Assembly (NCBI RefSeq): GCF_963921235.1
Contig: NC_086097.1
Location: 53,384,001 to 53,448,000 of the forward strand
Reading direction: 5' to 3'
Length of the DNA stretch: 64,000 nt
Source: Mobula hypostoma
Taxonomy: Eukaryota
Shown here: positions 37,588-50,459 of the stretch, piece after piece
Numbering within the stretch: the stretch's first letter is position 1
Layout: each line of letters opens with the position of its first letter
The notes under the pieces: generated by a model
What the model was told of the DNA's origin: nothing
Databases searched by the model: none
What the model saw: the letters and a program-made list of their open reading frames with translations, nothing else
Translations under genes and position numbers: made by a program

Positions 37588-39243
37588 TACATACAATGAA
37601 CTTGTTGGTTCATAATAAACACATAAACCAAGCTCATCACCATTATTAGATTGGTTTGTGATTTCTATCCCCCCCATACTGCTATTTTAATCAGTGCTTT
37701 GCAATACATTGTCTATTCTTTTTCTATTTAACCATGCTCTTGGGGACGCAGTCACCACTAAAAATTTGCATTTATATTGATAGCACTTCTAATATAGAAA
37801 AAGATGCACCATACCTCACAGAGACGTAGTCACAGTAAATTGAAAATGGATAGTCAGACAGTAAGCATAGGAAATCAGAAGGTTTTTAACTTTTGCTTAG
37901 GATTTAAAAATACATGCAGAGAACAAGTGGTGATTGAGGTGAGTTTTGAGCATTTTAAAAGGAAAAGAGGGACGTGGAGCAGCAGAAGGGCTCACCAAAT
38001 GGATCCTACAGCATGGAATTGAGCAATTGGAGACATTTGTGCCAGTGGTGACACAATGCAAACAAAGGCACAGGAAAGCGCTGTCTGAGGAGAATGTTTG
38101 TGAGGGAGGAAAGGAGGTAAATATCAATGATTCTTTACCCGAAAGTACCTCAGTGTTCATCAGCAGGGACAGAGCAGGCGGATGAGCAACACTTGCAGAA
38201 CTGGGCATGAGCAGTAGAGTTTTGAATGATGAACAGTAAAGTGGCAGAGCGAGTCGAGCCACTCTCACAGCGCCAGCAGCACACGCTCAATACTGACCTC
38301 TGGTGTTTATAGAGAGATACAACACAGAAACAGGACTTCTGGCCCATTGAATGATCAGCAACCCAGTTACTCTAATCCTCCGTTAATCCCTTTTTAAAAT
38401 TATAGGTGTAGTCTGTGTGGAGTTTGCAAGTTCTCTCATGGGTTTTCTCTGGATGCTGCTGTTCCTTTTCACTTCTCAAAAATGTCTGGGGGTAGACATT
38501 AAGTTAAATAGCCATCAATGTGTCAGTGAGTTGTGGAATCATTGGGAGGGGTTTCAATTGATGGGAATATGGGGAGGATAAAATGAGATTAGTGTAAATG
38601 AATGCTTGATGGCTGGTATGGAGTCAGTGAGCCTAAGAGCCTATTTCTTTTCTGTATGACTGTAGGCTTTGAGGCTGGGAGGATATGAGTCCACTGACAA
38701 AATTGAGTCTGGATGTGACAAAAGCCCAGGCAAAATTTCTGTCTGTGGTAAATTTTTAGTGGGATTTGCCATACTTCATCCTTCCTTACTACATAAATGA
38801 ATTTCCAAACGGAAAATGCTGCAGAATGGTTCATGTCCACATGATGAAATGAACCCTACTCACCAGTTTCTGCAGTTTTCCCATGACTCCCTCTCTCCAC
38901 TCATCCACAAGCACTAGAGTGACAACCAATAGAAGGCTACCTTTTGAGGATCAGATGAAGAAAGCATGTACAAGCCTGTCATGGTTTGGAAGGTGCACGA
39001 CACAAAATATCGATGCAGAATAATAAAGTATGTTTCCTTCTAGCTATGTGTCATTGGTCAAGTCCCAGTGGTCCCAGGCTCAAGGGGGCAATTGTGGAAG
39101 CAATTTGTTAGGTTGTACTGTGATTGAGTGAGCATTGTGTAGCTCAAGGTTGTCCCATCACACAAAAGAAGAGAGCATAGTAACAGTGGCAGAAGGCAGT
39201 CAACTAAATTGGAAACTTGGTGTTGGAAGGTTTAGTTATCTTG

Positions 39244-39671
39244 AACATTGACTTCTCAGACGCTAATGCCCCACCTCCCCCTTGTACCCCATCCGTTATT
39301 TATTTATATACACACATTCTTTTTCTCTCTCTCCTTTTTCTCCCTCTGCCCCCCTCACCATACCCCTTGCCCATCCTCTGGTTTTTCCCCCCTTCCCCTT
39401 TTCTTTCTCCGTAGGCCTCCTGTCCCATGATCCTCTCATATCCCTTTTGCCAATCAACTTTCCAGCTCTTGGCTCCATCCCTCCCCCTCCTGTCTTCTCC
39501 TATCATTTTGGAACTCCCCCTCCCCCTCCCACTTTCAAATCTCTTACTAGCTCTTCTTTCAGTTGGTCCTGACGAAGGGTCTCGGTCCGAAACGTCAACT
39601 GTACCTCTTCCTAGAGATGCTGCCTGGCCTGCTGCATTCACCAGCAACTTTTATGTGTGTTCCTCGTTTTT
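39244..39671 (+). mobile_element. 5'-truncated Penelope-like element (ORF end plus pseudo-LTR)
   Basis: 15-bp TSD with one mismatch, GGTTTA(G/A)TTATCTTG (39229-39243, 39672-39686); starts with an NIDFS remnant resembling PLE ORF ends, then a pyrimidine-rich tract and a hammerhead motif. Confidence 0.8.
39560..39601 (+). ncRNA. Minimal type I hammerhead ribozyme motif (Penelope-associated, partly decayed)
   Basis: CTGACGA (39569-39575), extra A, stem II GGGT-CTCG-GTCC, GAAA (39589-39592), short palindromic ACGT in place of helix III, GTC cleavage triplet ending at 39596. Confidence 0.65.
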
Positions 39672-41114
39672 GGTTTAATTATCTTGTTAGCTCTGAAAAG
39701 GTGATATGCAGCGGCAAACGTATTCCTGATTCTTCTTAAGCACATCTAGGAGCTAAAAGGAAATGGTGTTTTCCTTGCATACTTAATAAGTGTTTGAATT
39801 GCTTACCATCAACAATAGACAAGTCACACAGCATCTCTTAGTCACTTAACCTCCATTCAATGTGTTTCTTCAATCACTATCTTAAATTCCAACAAAAGTC
39901 TGAGTAGTTGTTCCTGAGCTGAGATCCATTACATTCTGCTTATTTGGTTTTGATATACCTATGGCAGGCTAAACCCATCATCACATATATTGTTACTTGG
40001 CAGTGATAGAGAAACTATCAAATCCAGGGTCTACACCACTTTAAAGAAAGATGCCCTTAAGATAATGTGGATCTTCAAATTAAAACTGGGGATGATGATG
40101 ATAATAATAATAACTTATTGATAGAGCACTTTTCATATAAATGATGTAGTTCAAAGTGCTTTATAGTAGGATAAAGTGCAAACATAACATTAAAGACAAA
40201 ATGATGTTAGTTAAAAGCAAGATTGAATTAACAGGGTTTGAGCAACTGAGTCTGCATCCCTTATAGTTCTAGATATTGAGTTCAATAGCTTCGTACTGCC
40301 TTGTTCACATCCTACTATAGCCCAACCCCCTTTACTTGTTAGCATGCTACACTCACAGGGTTGTTAGTGAAGTTTGCTCTTGAATTCTGCTTTTTTGGTA
40401 AACCATGCAAGCGGCATTTCCTTTTTCCTTCTAGATGCCCAAAGATGGAACAGAAAGAGCTTACCCACTCCACATACAGCATTTTCAATTACCAGAGCAA
40501 GTACGATACCATCACTCACTTTTTCCATTCCTATCATTCACTTTTTCAGTCCTTGTCAGTCCAATCATAATAGATGATCATTTCTGTAGTGCAAAACTAT
40601 TGACACCTTCAGCAGGCTCCTCTAGGGAAGACAATGAGCTAAAGTGCTTTATAATCATATAAATTCTGGAAGGGTGAAGGGAAAATAACCAAGGAAATAC
40701 TTTCAGCTTAAGCAAATATTGCCCCCTTTTGTGGGCTTTAGCAAAAAATCATATTTTAAAGCCTTTTAGCTTGTTGCAAATGAAAGGGAGAAACTAGAAA
40801 ACTAATAAGGAAAATAATCTAATTAATTAGTGCCTTGATAATGAATTGGGAAGTCACTAATTAAGACATGAGACGAGAAAGGCCATGCATAAGGGAATCA
40901 CTGATGGTTTATTTGCTCATCATAGAAAAGCTCATTAGGATATCTGTAGATCAATGATTGGTTTATACAGGAGTGACCTAATTAGAATGATGGACAGGAA
41001 ATATTTACCATCTACTCAGAATGGGTATTTAAGTGTTGTGAGTGAGGAGTAAGAGGGCAGCAGACAATCCAAAGCTTTGAGATGGATCCCAAAGAAAAAC
41101 CTTGAGTTAAAACT

Positions 41115-42361
41115 CAAAAGTCTTAGGTATGCTAGATTTTTTTAATAGGATTTCAGATGGTATGGCCTCCACAGAGCCCTGATCTCAACATCATCGAGGC
41201 TGTCTGGGATTTCCTGGAGAGACAGAAACAAGTGAGACAACCAAAGTCTGCAGAAGAACTGTGGCAAGTTCTCCAAGATGCTTGGAACAATCTACCAGCC
41301 AAATTTCTTATAAACCTACAGGACAGTGCACCTAAGACAATTGATGCACTTTTAAAGACAAAGGTTGGTCACACCATATATTGATTTGATTAATTTTTTT
41401 TTACCATTTACTGCTCTTTGTGGTATTTTTTAGTATTTAGAAACTTTCCATTATTTTTGAAAACATCTTTGCTTTATAGAATTTGCTTTATAGACATTGA
41501 TAGGATGCAGGAGTGGGCTGAGAAGTGGCAGATGGAGTTCAACCCAGAGAAATCTGAGGTGGTACACTTTGGAAGGACAAGGCTGAGTACAAAGTGAATG
41601 GCAGGATACTTGGTAGTGTGGAGGAGCAGAGGGATCTGGGGGTACATGTCCACAGATCCCTGAAAGTTGCCTCACAGGTGGATAGGGTAGTTAAGAAAGC
41701 TTATGGGGTGTTAGCTATCATAAATCGAGGGATAGAGTTTAAGAGTCGCGATGTAATGATGCAGCTCTATAGAACTCTGGTTAGGCCACCCTCGGAGTAC
41801 TGTGTCCATTTCTGGTCTCCTCACTGTAGGAAGGATGTGGAAGCATTGGAAAGGGTACAGAGGAGATTTACCAGGATGCTGCCTGGTTTAGAGAGTATGC
41901 ATTATGATCAGAGATTAAGGGAGCTAGGGCTTTACTCTTTGGAGAGAAGGAGGATGAGAGGAGACATGATAGAGGTGTACAAGATAATAAGAGGTATAGA
42001 TAGACTGGATAGCCAGCGCCTCTTCCCCAGGGCACCACTGCTCAATACAAGAGGACATGGCTTTAAGGTAAGGGGTGGGAAGTTCAAGGGGGATATTAGA
42101 GGAAGGTTTTTTACTCAGAGAGTGGTTGGTGTGTGGAATGCACTGCCTGAGTCAGTGGTGGAGGCAGATACACTAGTGAAGTTTAAGAGACTACTAGACA
42201 GGTATATGGAGGAATTTAAGGTGGGGGGTTATATGGGAGGCAGGGTTTGAGGGTCGGCACAACATTGTGGGCTGAAGGGCCTGTAATGTGCTGTACTATT
42301 CTATGTTCTATGTTTGTTCTAATTTTTTTTACATGTGCTTAAAGACTTTTGCTCAATACTG
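41115..42361 (+). mobile_element. Tc1 deletion derivative (transposase C-terminus) interrupted by CR1
   Basis: ORF 41157-41384 WPPQSPDLNIIEAVWD..ELWQVLQDAW; TIR remnants caaaagtcttagg / ttaaagacttttgctcaatactg. Confidence 0.75.
41491..42313 (+). mobile_element. Young 5'-truncated CR1 LINE
   Basis: 218-aa open ORF (EQRDLGV, LERVQRRFTRMLPGL, FFTQRVVGVWNALP) and tail ctattctatgttctatgtt. Confidence 0.92.
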
Positions 42362-43167
42362 TTGGTCAACTCAAACATGATGAAGAGGACCACGATCACA
42401 AGCTGTCAAATCTTAAGTATCCTGCTGCTTGTTAGTCACTTTATTTCATTTATTATAGGTACTTCTTAAATGTAATGATGTTCGTATTTTATGGTACTGC
42501 AACTGTTGTCTTTGTCTGTTCAATCTCCTGCATCTTGTAGGAGATACAGAAACTAGGACTGCAAGACCAAAAAACAGCTTCTTCCTGAGGGCAATTGTGA
42601 AGCTGAATAATGCTGCACCCCAGCTTGACAGTGGCCTTTGAGTGTTATGGACTATCGAAGTTACTTGCTGCCTGTAAATATGGGAATTTTTATTTGTTTA
42701 TTTATTTTTAATTAAGCCATCCCACATCCATTGTAAATATCTGTTTTGCACGGACTGGAGTAGTGGCGCAATCTCGTTTTGAGCAATTCTATTCTCTCAG
42801 CTAATGAGGATGGTATTCCACAGCACAGTCAGTGTAATCTGTTCTCAGAGTCAAATTCTTACCCTTGTATCTGGAAATTCCTGAGATTTGTGGGTTTCCA
42901 ATTCTCCAAAATGATTATGCTTTTTTCATTGTACTTGACTCCTTGTTTTAACTAAAAGAACCTCATAACAACATTTATGTCAAATATGAACCTTGCAAAG
43001 GCTGACAAACAGACTGAAAAATAGTTACTACAGATGCAATAAAAGCTGATAATTAATTTGCGTAAAGAATATAAGGAATGATCCTCTGATCAGGCATTTA
43101 CAACGTTAAGCTTCATTCTTGGAATTGGATGTCTGGAAAGCACAAACCTACGGTAATGCTCTTCCAC

Positions 43168-43343
43168 AAAAAATGCTGGTGAATGCAGCAGGCCAGACAG
43201 CATCAATAGGAAGAAGTTCAGTCGATGTTTCGGGCCCGAAACATTGACTGTACTTCTTCCTATAGATACTGCCTGACCTGCTGCGTTCGCCAGCATTTTT
43301 TGTGTGTGTTGCTTGAATTTCCAGCATCTGCAGATTTCCTCGT
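43168..43343. mobile_element. Penelope-type pLTR fold-back insertion
   Basis: 15-bp TSD GTAATGCTCTTCCAC (43153-43167, 43344-43358); palindrome centred on GTTTCGGG|CCCGAAAC at 43234/43235 with arms of about 68 bp. Confidence 0.87.
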
Positions 43344-43454
43344 GTAATGCTCTTCCACTTATTTGCAGCCTTGCACCTTTCGTCATGAGTACCTGATAGT
43401 GAAATCAAGAAAAGTGCAAGTGGAGTTAGAATAAAAATAATCAAACCTAGAACC

Positions 43455-43717
43455 ACGGTAGCGGAGTGGTTAGTACAACTCTTTGCAGTACAATTCCTAC
43501 CACTGCCTGTAAAGAGTTTGGATGTTCTCCCTGTGACTGTGTGGGTTTCCTCTGGGTGCTCTGGTTCCACCCCCCCCCCCCACATTCCAAAGACATACTG
43601 GTTGGTAGGTTAATTGGTTGTTGTAAACTTTCCCGTGATTGGGCTAGGATTGAATTGGGCGGTACAGTTCGAAGGGCAGGAAGGGCCTACTCTGCGCTAT
43701 ATGTCAATAATAAATAA
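43455..43717 (+). mobile_element. tRNA-derived SINE, V-SINE-like (similar fragment at about 38410-38660)
   Basis: A-box-like ggtagcggagtggttag; central gtttggatgttctccctgtgactgtgtgggtttcctctgggtgctctggtt..cacattccaaagac; (taaa)n tail. Confidence 0.65.
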
Positions 43718-46700
43718 GAGTATCATTGAAATTAGAAATTAGAAATTTTAATATGGTTGTTCTATCTTTTAGTCACATGGCTATTTTGTTTCAAAGTAAC
43801 TCTATGATAACTCTCAAAGTCCAACCTTTGGACCCACATTTCTGCTAAAGACCTGACATTTCAGCAGGTAGCTAATAACTTCTAACACTGTGTGGAAATT
43901 TTGTGCTGTCTCGTAAATATATAAAGTCCGGATCACCCCTCTCAAGCATTCAAAAAATGCTGCAACATTAGAATCCTTATTGAACCTGCTGTACCTGTGT
44001 TATCAGGGGCATCTGCAGATTTTCAACACTTACACAAATTCCCACAGGTACGGGTTTGTAATCCTTTTCACTTCAATGGAGATAGGGGAATTAACTGCAT
44101 CTGACTTTATCAAATGTTAACTTGGATATGTCTAATTTTTAATAACCTTTGAATGCTTTGGAATGTGAGGGACTTCAGAATCATTCAGTTTCTTTAAATC
44201 AGGGACCATAGCAAAACCAGCTGTCAATGTATTTTAGTGAAACTGTTGACAATGAGGTCCCAAACCAGTCAAGGTCTCAGCAGTCAAGTAAAGACAACAC
44301 ATGTGCAAGTTCACGCTGCGGGACCCTCTACACAAAGGATTGCATTTCAGAGTGAGTTCACCAGTGACATCTATATGGAATTTGTAATCCACATACTGAT
44401 TTTAAATTGCTGCTTTTCCTGACTCTCAAACATGGTATGAATTTGTTAAATCAAATAGAAACATTGCTGCATCTTCTTTGACATTTCCCCATTATCTGGG
44501 TTGCAGATCAGAATCTCTGCACCAAAGTCTTTATAGCCTGATCAACTATCTGTATCATGCACTACAATGAAACTCCTACCGCCCTCCATTCCTTACCCCA
44601 GTTACAGCTCTCTATTGACTGGCTTGCTATATTGCCACAACTTTATATCCTAATATCCTATTTTTACCAGTTGTTTAGAGCCCACTATCTGTTATACCCC
44701 TGTGGATTGTCAAGCAATAGCCAGTGCACACATTGCAGGAGGAAAATGAGAACAATTCTGAAATAATTTCTGATGGTCCTGGCAGTTACGTATTTGCATA
44801 GAATCTGTCTTAAGTGACAGTACAGAAGAAAATCACTGGAGATACTAATGCAAAATTAGTACACCACCCTGGCATCCAATAAGTACTGCTTTTGACAGCA
44901 ATTAATAAAAATGTCACATGACAAATTTTAGTGAGGAGCATTATGAATAAACCACATGCACAATATGACGAGAGTCATAGAATACAGAAGAGAGAAGGCT
45001 ATTTGACCACTGAATCTTAATTGCTCAAGACAGAATAAATGCACCCAAGTTCTTCACCTCCCCCTCCCACCAACCCTAAGTCAGTTCTCTTAAAGTATAT
45101 GTCCAATTATCTTTTATTAAAAAAAGCACAAATCTAATTTCACCACCAATGCGGAAGACTGTCTTTGATGTTAACAGCTCTTGTGTAAACAGTTATTCAC
45201 TTTGTTTTTCTAGATCGTTTGCCAATTATTTTATGACATCTGGATACTAATCCACTTACCAGCAGAAACCACTTCTCTTTGTTTGTTCAATTTTTCAATG
45301 TCCTTCTTATGCCTTTCTTTAACCTATGTTCAAAGGACAAAAATTCCAACTATTCCAATCACTTCACATAACTAGCTCTTCATCCATAATATAACCAAAG
45401 GCTCTGACATCCTACGTAGAATCATAGAAATTTACAGCAGTGAGAAGTCATTCGCCCTGTTGTGCTCATATTAGTTAAAAAAAAGCCCTATCCTTACCAC
45501 TTTCTAACTTTCAGTTAATACTCTTATAACTTATGACACACCAAAGATTCATCTAAGTACTTTTGTAATAGTGTTCCTACCTCCACTAACTTTTCAATCA
45601 ATAAAGTTTAGATACCTCTAATTAATTACCGTAAAAGCTATGCACCAGTTGTTATCATTCCTAGAATGTCATATCTAGAACTTGGCACCATCCGTAACCT
45701 GAAGCTTAAGGACGATTTGTAAAATATCTGATTTGTTTTTCTAATCAATGCTACTATTTACACGGATAATGTGCTTTTTTAACCCTGTTTTGCATTTGCA
45801 AAAGATTTGTTTATATCTACTAATGGACCCACGGATCTTGCATACTTCTCAGAATAGTATCATTTAGGTTACGTTCCCTCTCCAAGCTGTTTCTCTCAAA
45901 TTCTATCAAATCACTATTACCAATTTTAAAGTGCATTTATCATTTGACCACGGTTTTGCCCAATTCCATCTTCATTAACTCTGCCATAATCTAACCCACT
46001 ACACAGGCAAGTTTTCCACCACTCATAACCTTAAAAATGACACTTAAGGTGATTTAAATGACGATAGGGAATCAGTCCCAATACTGTGCCTGAGGACCAG
46101 CTCTCTGGTCAGAAAAGTACTTATCTCTACTCTCTTTCCCATCCTTTAGCCAACAACTTGATACCCAAGTTATTACCACCCTTTAATAAGATGTGTATAT
46201 ATATTTTTTTCTGAATAAACCTGTTACATCACATTTTATCCAATGCCTTTTAGAAGTCTGTTTGGTCATCATCTACCCACCATTTGCACTATTTAAATCA
46301 AGACCCCAATCAGATTACTCAGGCATGAATTCAATTGAATTGAATTGACTTTATTTCTTACATCCTTCACAACTTGAGGAGTAAAAAGCTTTATGTATGT
46401 CTCCATCTGAATGTGCAACCTTAACAAATCCACAATGGCTGTTGCAAACCATTCTCCAAATAAGATTTTTTTTTCATATTCTATGATCTTTGCTAGTTTA
46501 CCCAAGATGCATGCCTCACTTTGGTAACCACAAGCCAGATGTTTTGAACAGGAATAAAACATGCAATATTTCAGTTCTTTTGCAATGAAAGATAGTTACT
46601 CATTTTGTCCTCTTTTCTTCCCTCAGATTTCAAGAATGTTCTCCTTCTGTACTGTAACTTGCTAATTTGCTTCTCCTTTCCCTCTATTTATACAATACGT

Positions 46701-47195
46701 TTTATGCAATATACGTATCTATACTCTTCTTCTATGCTTCAATACCTTCGTCCTATTTCCCTGTGAAGAACAAAGCAAAGTTCTTAGATATCTCAGTTGT
46801 GCATTATTTCTTCACAAAAAAATTATTTTATGTTCCAAGTCACCCATGGTCTTCTTTGATATTTTATAGATAGATTTTCTTTTTATTATTTAGTTCAAGG
46901 GATGAATGTCACCGGCAAACCATTAACATTTGACCATGAATTGAGGTGGTTATCAATCAAGTAGATCAGTGTGCTAGGTGCCACATATAGATCAAATTGT
47001 GTAAGGATGCACATTTCAAAGCTATAGGCCTTCCCATCAATTAAGCAGGTTCATGGTTACCAGTCTGAGACAATTTATGTAAATTATGTAAATTCCAGTT
47101 CATTAAATTACTTAAAATTAATTGTGGGATAAATACCCATGTGTCTGAGTCAAAAGGCCAAGAACACTAACTGCTAGTTCTATAACCTAACAGTT

Positions 47196-47327
47196 ATAGA
47201 ATGTAGAATAGTACAGCACAGTACAGGCCCTTCAGCCCACATTGTTGTGCCGACCCTCAAGCCCTGCCTCCCATATAATCCCCCACCTTAAATTCCTCCA
47301 TATACCTGTCTAGTAGTCTCTTAAATT
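47196..47327 (-). mobile_element. Very short CR1 3' end, same subfamily as 41491-42313
   Basis: Near-exact reverse complement of about 42180-42310. Confidence 0.85.
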
Positions 47328-48099
47328 TATGCGATCACATGAACTTTAAATGTTACCATAAATCAAATGATGTGATGTTTTGTACATTTGTAGTGAACAC
47401 TTCGTGTTGACTATGAATGTAAGAAGGAAAAACAAGCAAAATGTAAACTGAAGCAACTTCCAAGCCATGCTATAATGTGAAATTTTGGTAAACCTTTTGC
47501 CTTTATTCAATATTCAGGCCTGCAGCAAATTGCTTGCATTTCAGTGATATATGTGGGGATTCAATCACGTTCCTACAGTTTGATGTATTTAGACTAATGT
47601 GTAGAAGAGAGAACATATATAACTTTGTTACATGAATATTCCCACATGTTGTGTATGCAAAAGATAAAATAGAAATTAAAGAAAAATACTACGGTTACTG
47701 TAATTGAAAGATACATTCGTTCAAGAAGTATAAATACAGAGGATTACAGTTAAGGGTCACGGTCATGAAACATTAATCGTATTTCTCTCTCCAGATGCTG
47801 CCTGATCTGTTAAGGGATTCCACAATTTCCTGATACAATAAAAGACTCTACAGCAACCTATAATTTGCATCTTCCAAACTTATAAAAAATTTGGTGTGCT
47901 CCTTTATGCACGGTGAACTGCCAGCTGCCATCATCCCTGAACAGCAGCTATAACAGCTGCTGTTAAAGGCACCAATTGCTTCCTTCTTTCTTCAGTCACT
48001 TGCCCCAGACTGGAGCACAGCATTCCCAATGAGATGCTGTCAGACAACTCATTTCTGAGCATGCCATTTTACTGTGCAAAGATGTTTGAGATTAGTCTC

Positions 48100-50440
48100 A
48101 ACAATGATGGCCCTGATGTATCTGCCTTTACCATCACCCCTGGCTGTGTGTCTGTGCAAAAAATATACCTCTGCTATCCTCCCTATATCTTCCTCCAGAC
48201 AACCTGAAGTTGTATCTCCTTGTATTAATGATTTTTGCCCAGGGAAACAGTCTCTGGTTGTCAACTTGATCAATGCCTCATCTTGTACACATCTATCCAG
48301 TCACCTCTCACCCTCTGCTCCAAAGAGAAAAGCCCTAGTTCACTCAGCCTTTCTTCACAAGACATGCCTTCTAATCCACAGCATCCTGGCAAATCTCTTT
48401 TGCACTCTCTCCAAAGCTTCCATATCATTCCCATAATGAGCGACTAGAAATGAAGACAATATTTCAAGTGTAACCTAACCAGAGCTTTATAGAGCTAGAA
48501 CATTATCTCATGACTCTTGAGCCCAGTGCCCTGTCTAATAAAGGCCAACGCACCATATGCCTTCTTAACCATCCTATCAACTTGTTCTGCAACTTCAATC
48601 TTTGATCTTTGGTCGTGGAGCTGGAAATTCTTCTGTTTGTCCACATAGTTAAGAATCCTACCAATAACCCTGTTTTCCGGCTTGAAATTTGACCTTCCAA
48701 AATAAATCACTTTAAATTTTCCTGTATTGAACTCCACCTGCTACTTCTCGACCCAGCTCTGCATCCGTTGACCCATTATTACCTACAACAATCTTCTACT
48801 CTGTCTACAACAGTACCGACGTTTGTGTCTCCTGCAAACTTACAAACTCACCCTTCCACTTCCTCATTGGAGGCACTTATAAAAATCACAAAGAGCAAGG
48901 GTCACAGAACAGATCCCTGTTAACACCAATAGTCATGGATCTTCAGACAGGATTCGCTCCATCTACTGCCACCCTCTGCCTTCTGTGGTCAAGCCAATTT
49001 GGAATCCACACAGTTAAGTTTCCTTGTGTAATCAATTCAAGTGCTCATCAAAACACTTCTAAAATGTTGTTGGGGGTCCCAGCTTCAACAATCTTCTTGG
49101 ATATTGCATGCCAGTACTTATCACTCTCTGAGTGAAGTGGGTCTCCCTCATATCCCCTTTAAATCACTATGCCCTTGCCCTAAACCCATGTTCTCTCATT
49201 TTATCTACACCTGAGTCATGAAATTGATTGCAGTCTTCCTTATTGATACTCCTCATAATTTTATAGTTCAATAGTTCCATATAACATCAGAGAAATGTAT
49301 GCAATATACATCCTGAAATTCTTGTTCTTTACAGACATCCACAAAAACAGAAGAGTGCCCCAAAGAATGAATGATAACCCTGAAGCCCCCCTACTCCCCT
49401 CACGCACAAGCAGCAGCAAACTAATGACCCTCCCCCACCCCCACCCACTTCCACAAAAGAAGCATCAGCACCCTCCACACATTAAGCAAGCAATAGCAAA
49501 GCCCCCAAGAAAGACCATGATCTGCAGTACAACAAAAAATAATCATTCACCTCACATTTCAACATACACAGACTTTATCTCCTTTTACAGAGGGAGGGGA
49601 GACATAACAAAACAACTCACTGATTTGTGATAATAACATCTGTCATGTCACTTCTTTCCAAGTTCTCCAACTTGAGAATCAGTAACAAATTCTCCCCCAC
49701 TAACGAGAGAGAGCGAGCGTGCGATTCGCTGAGTACAGGGCCATCAACAGCGATCCACTGCTCCTGATGTTCCGCTTTTCTCCCGCAATGCTTCATTCAG
49801 CAGCACTGGCATAGAATCAGCACATTCACAGGGTTGTGACATGCAGGAACCCCGAAGGTGCACTTATCTTCTAAGCTGCATCTTTAATTACGTCCCCTCT
49901 TAACTTCTTCTGCTCCAGGGACAACTGTGCTTCTCCACAGTCTCTCCTCATAACTGAAGCACTCCTCCTCAGGCAATACCCTTCTGAATCTCCTCTGCAC
50001 CCTCTCCAGCACAATCGCATCTTATCTGCAGTGGGAATTGCACTCAGTACTCCAGCTGAGATCTGACGAAGATTTTATAAAGTTGGAGCATAACACTCCT
50101 ACTTCTGCAGTCAATGCCTTGACTCATTAAGGCCGGAATCTCAAATGCCTTCCTAACCAGGTTATTCACCTGCATTGTCACCTTCAAGAATATATGACCT
50201 TGAAAACCAAGGTCCCACTGATACACAATACTCTGTAAGACCTTACCAGTCATGGTGCATCACTCTACTGTATTAGTGCTCCCAAAATGAATCTTGCCAC
50301 ATTTGTCTGTATTGAACTCAGTCTGTCATTTATCAGCTCATTTAACCAACACATTGATATCTCTCTGCAGCAGTCCAAGAGTACTTTCCACATTATTTAC
50401 AACTCCAACAATATCCATGCCATCCACAAGCTTACTGAAC
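48100..50440 (-). mobile_element. Cluster of degraded minus-strand CR1 fragments with a further insertion (about 49270-49890)
   Basis: MEFNTGKFKVIYFG, VKKAYGALAFI and VMLQLYKIFVRSQLEY remnants. Boundaries approximate. Confidence 0.65.
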
Positions 50441-50459
50441 CTCCCTCCTGCAACCCATA

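Noticed and set aside
39217..39678. Cluster of ORFs on both strands
   Set aside because: Artefact of the pyrimidine-rich Penelope pLTR; low-complexity translations.
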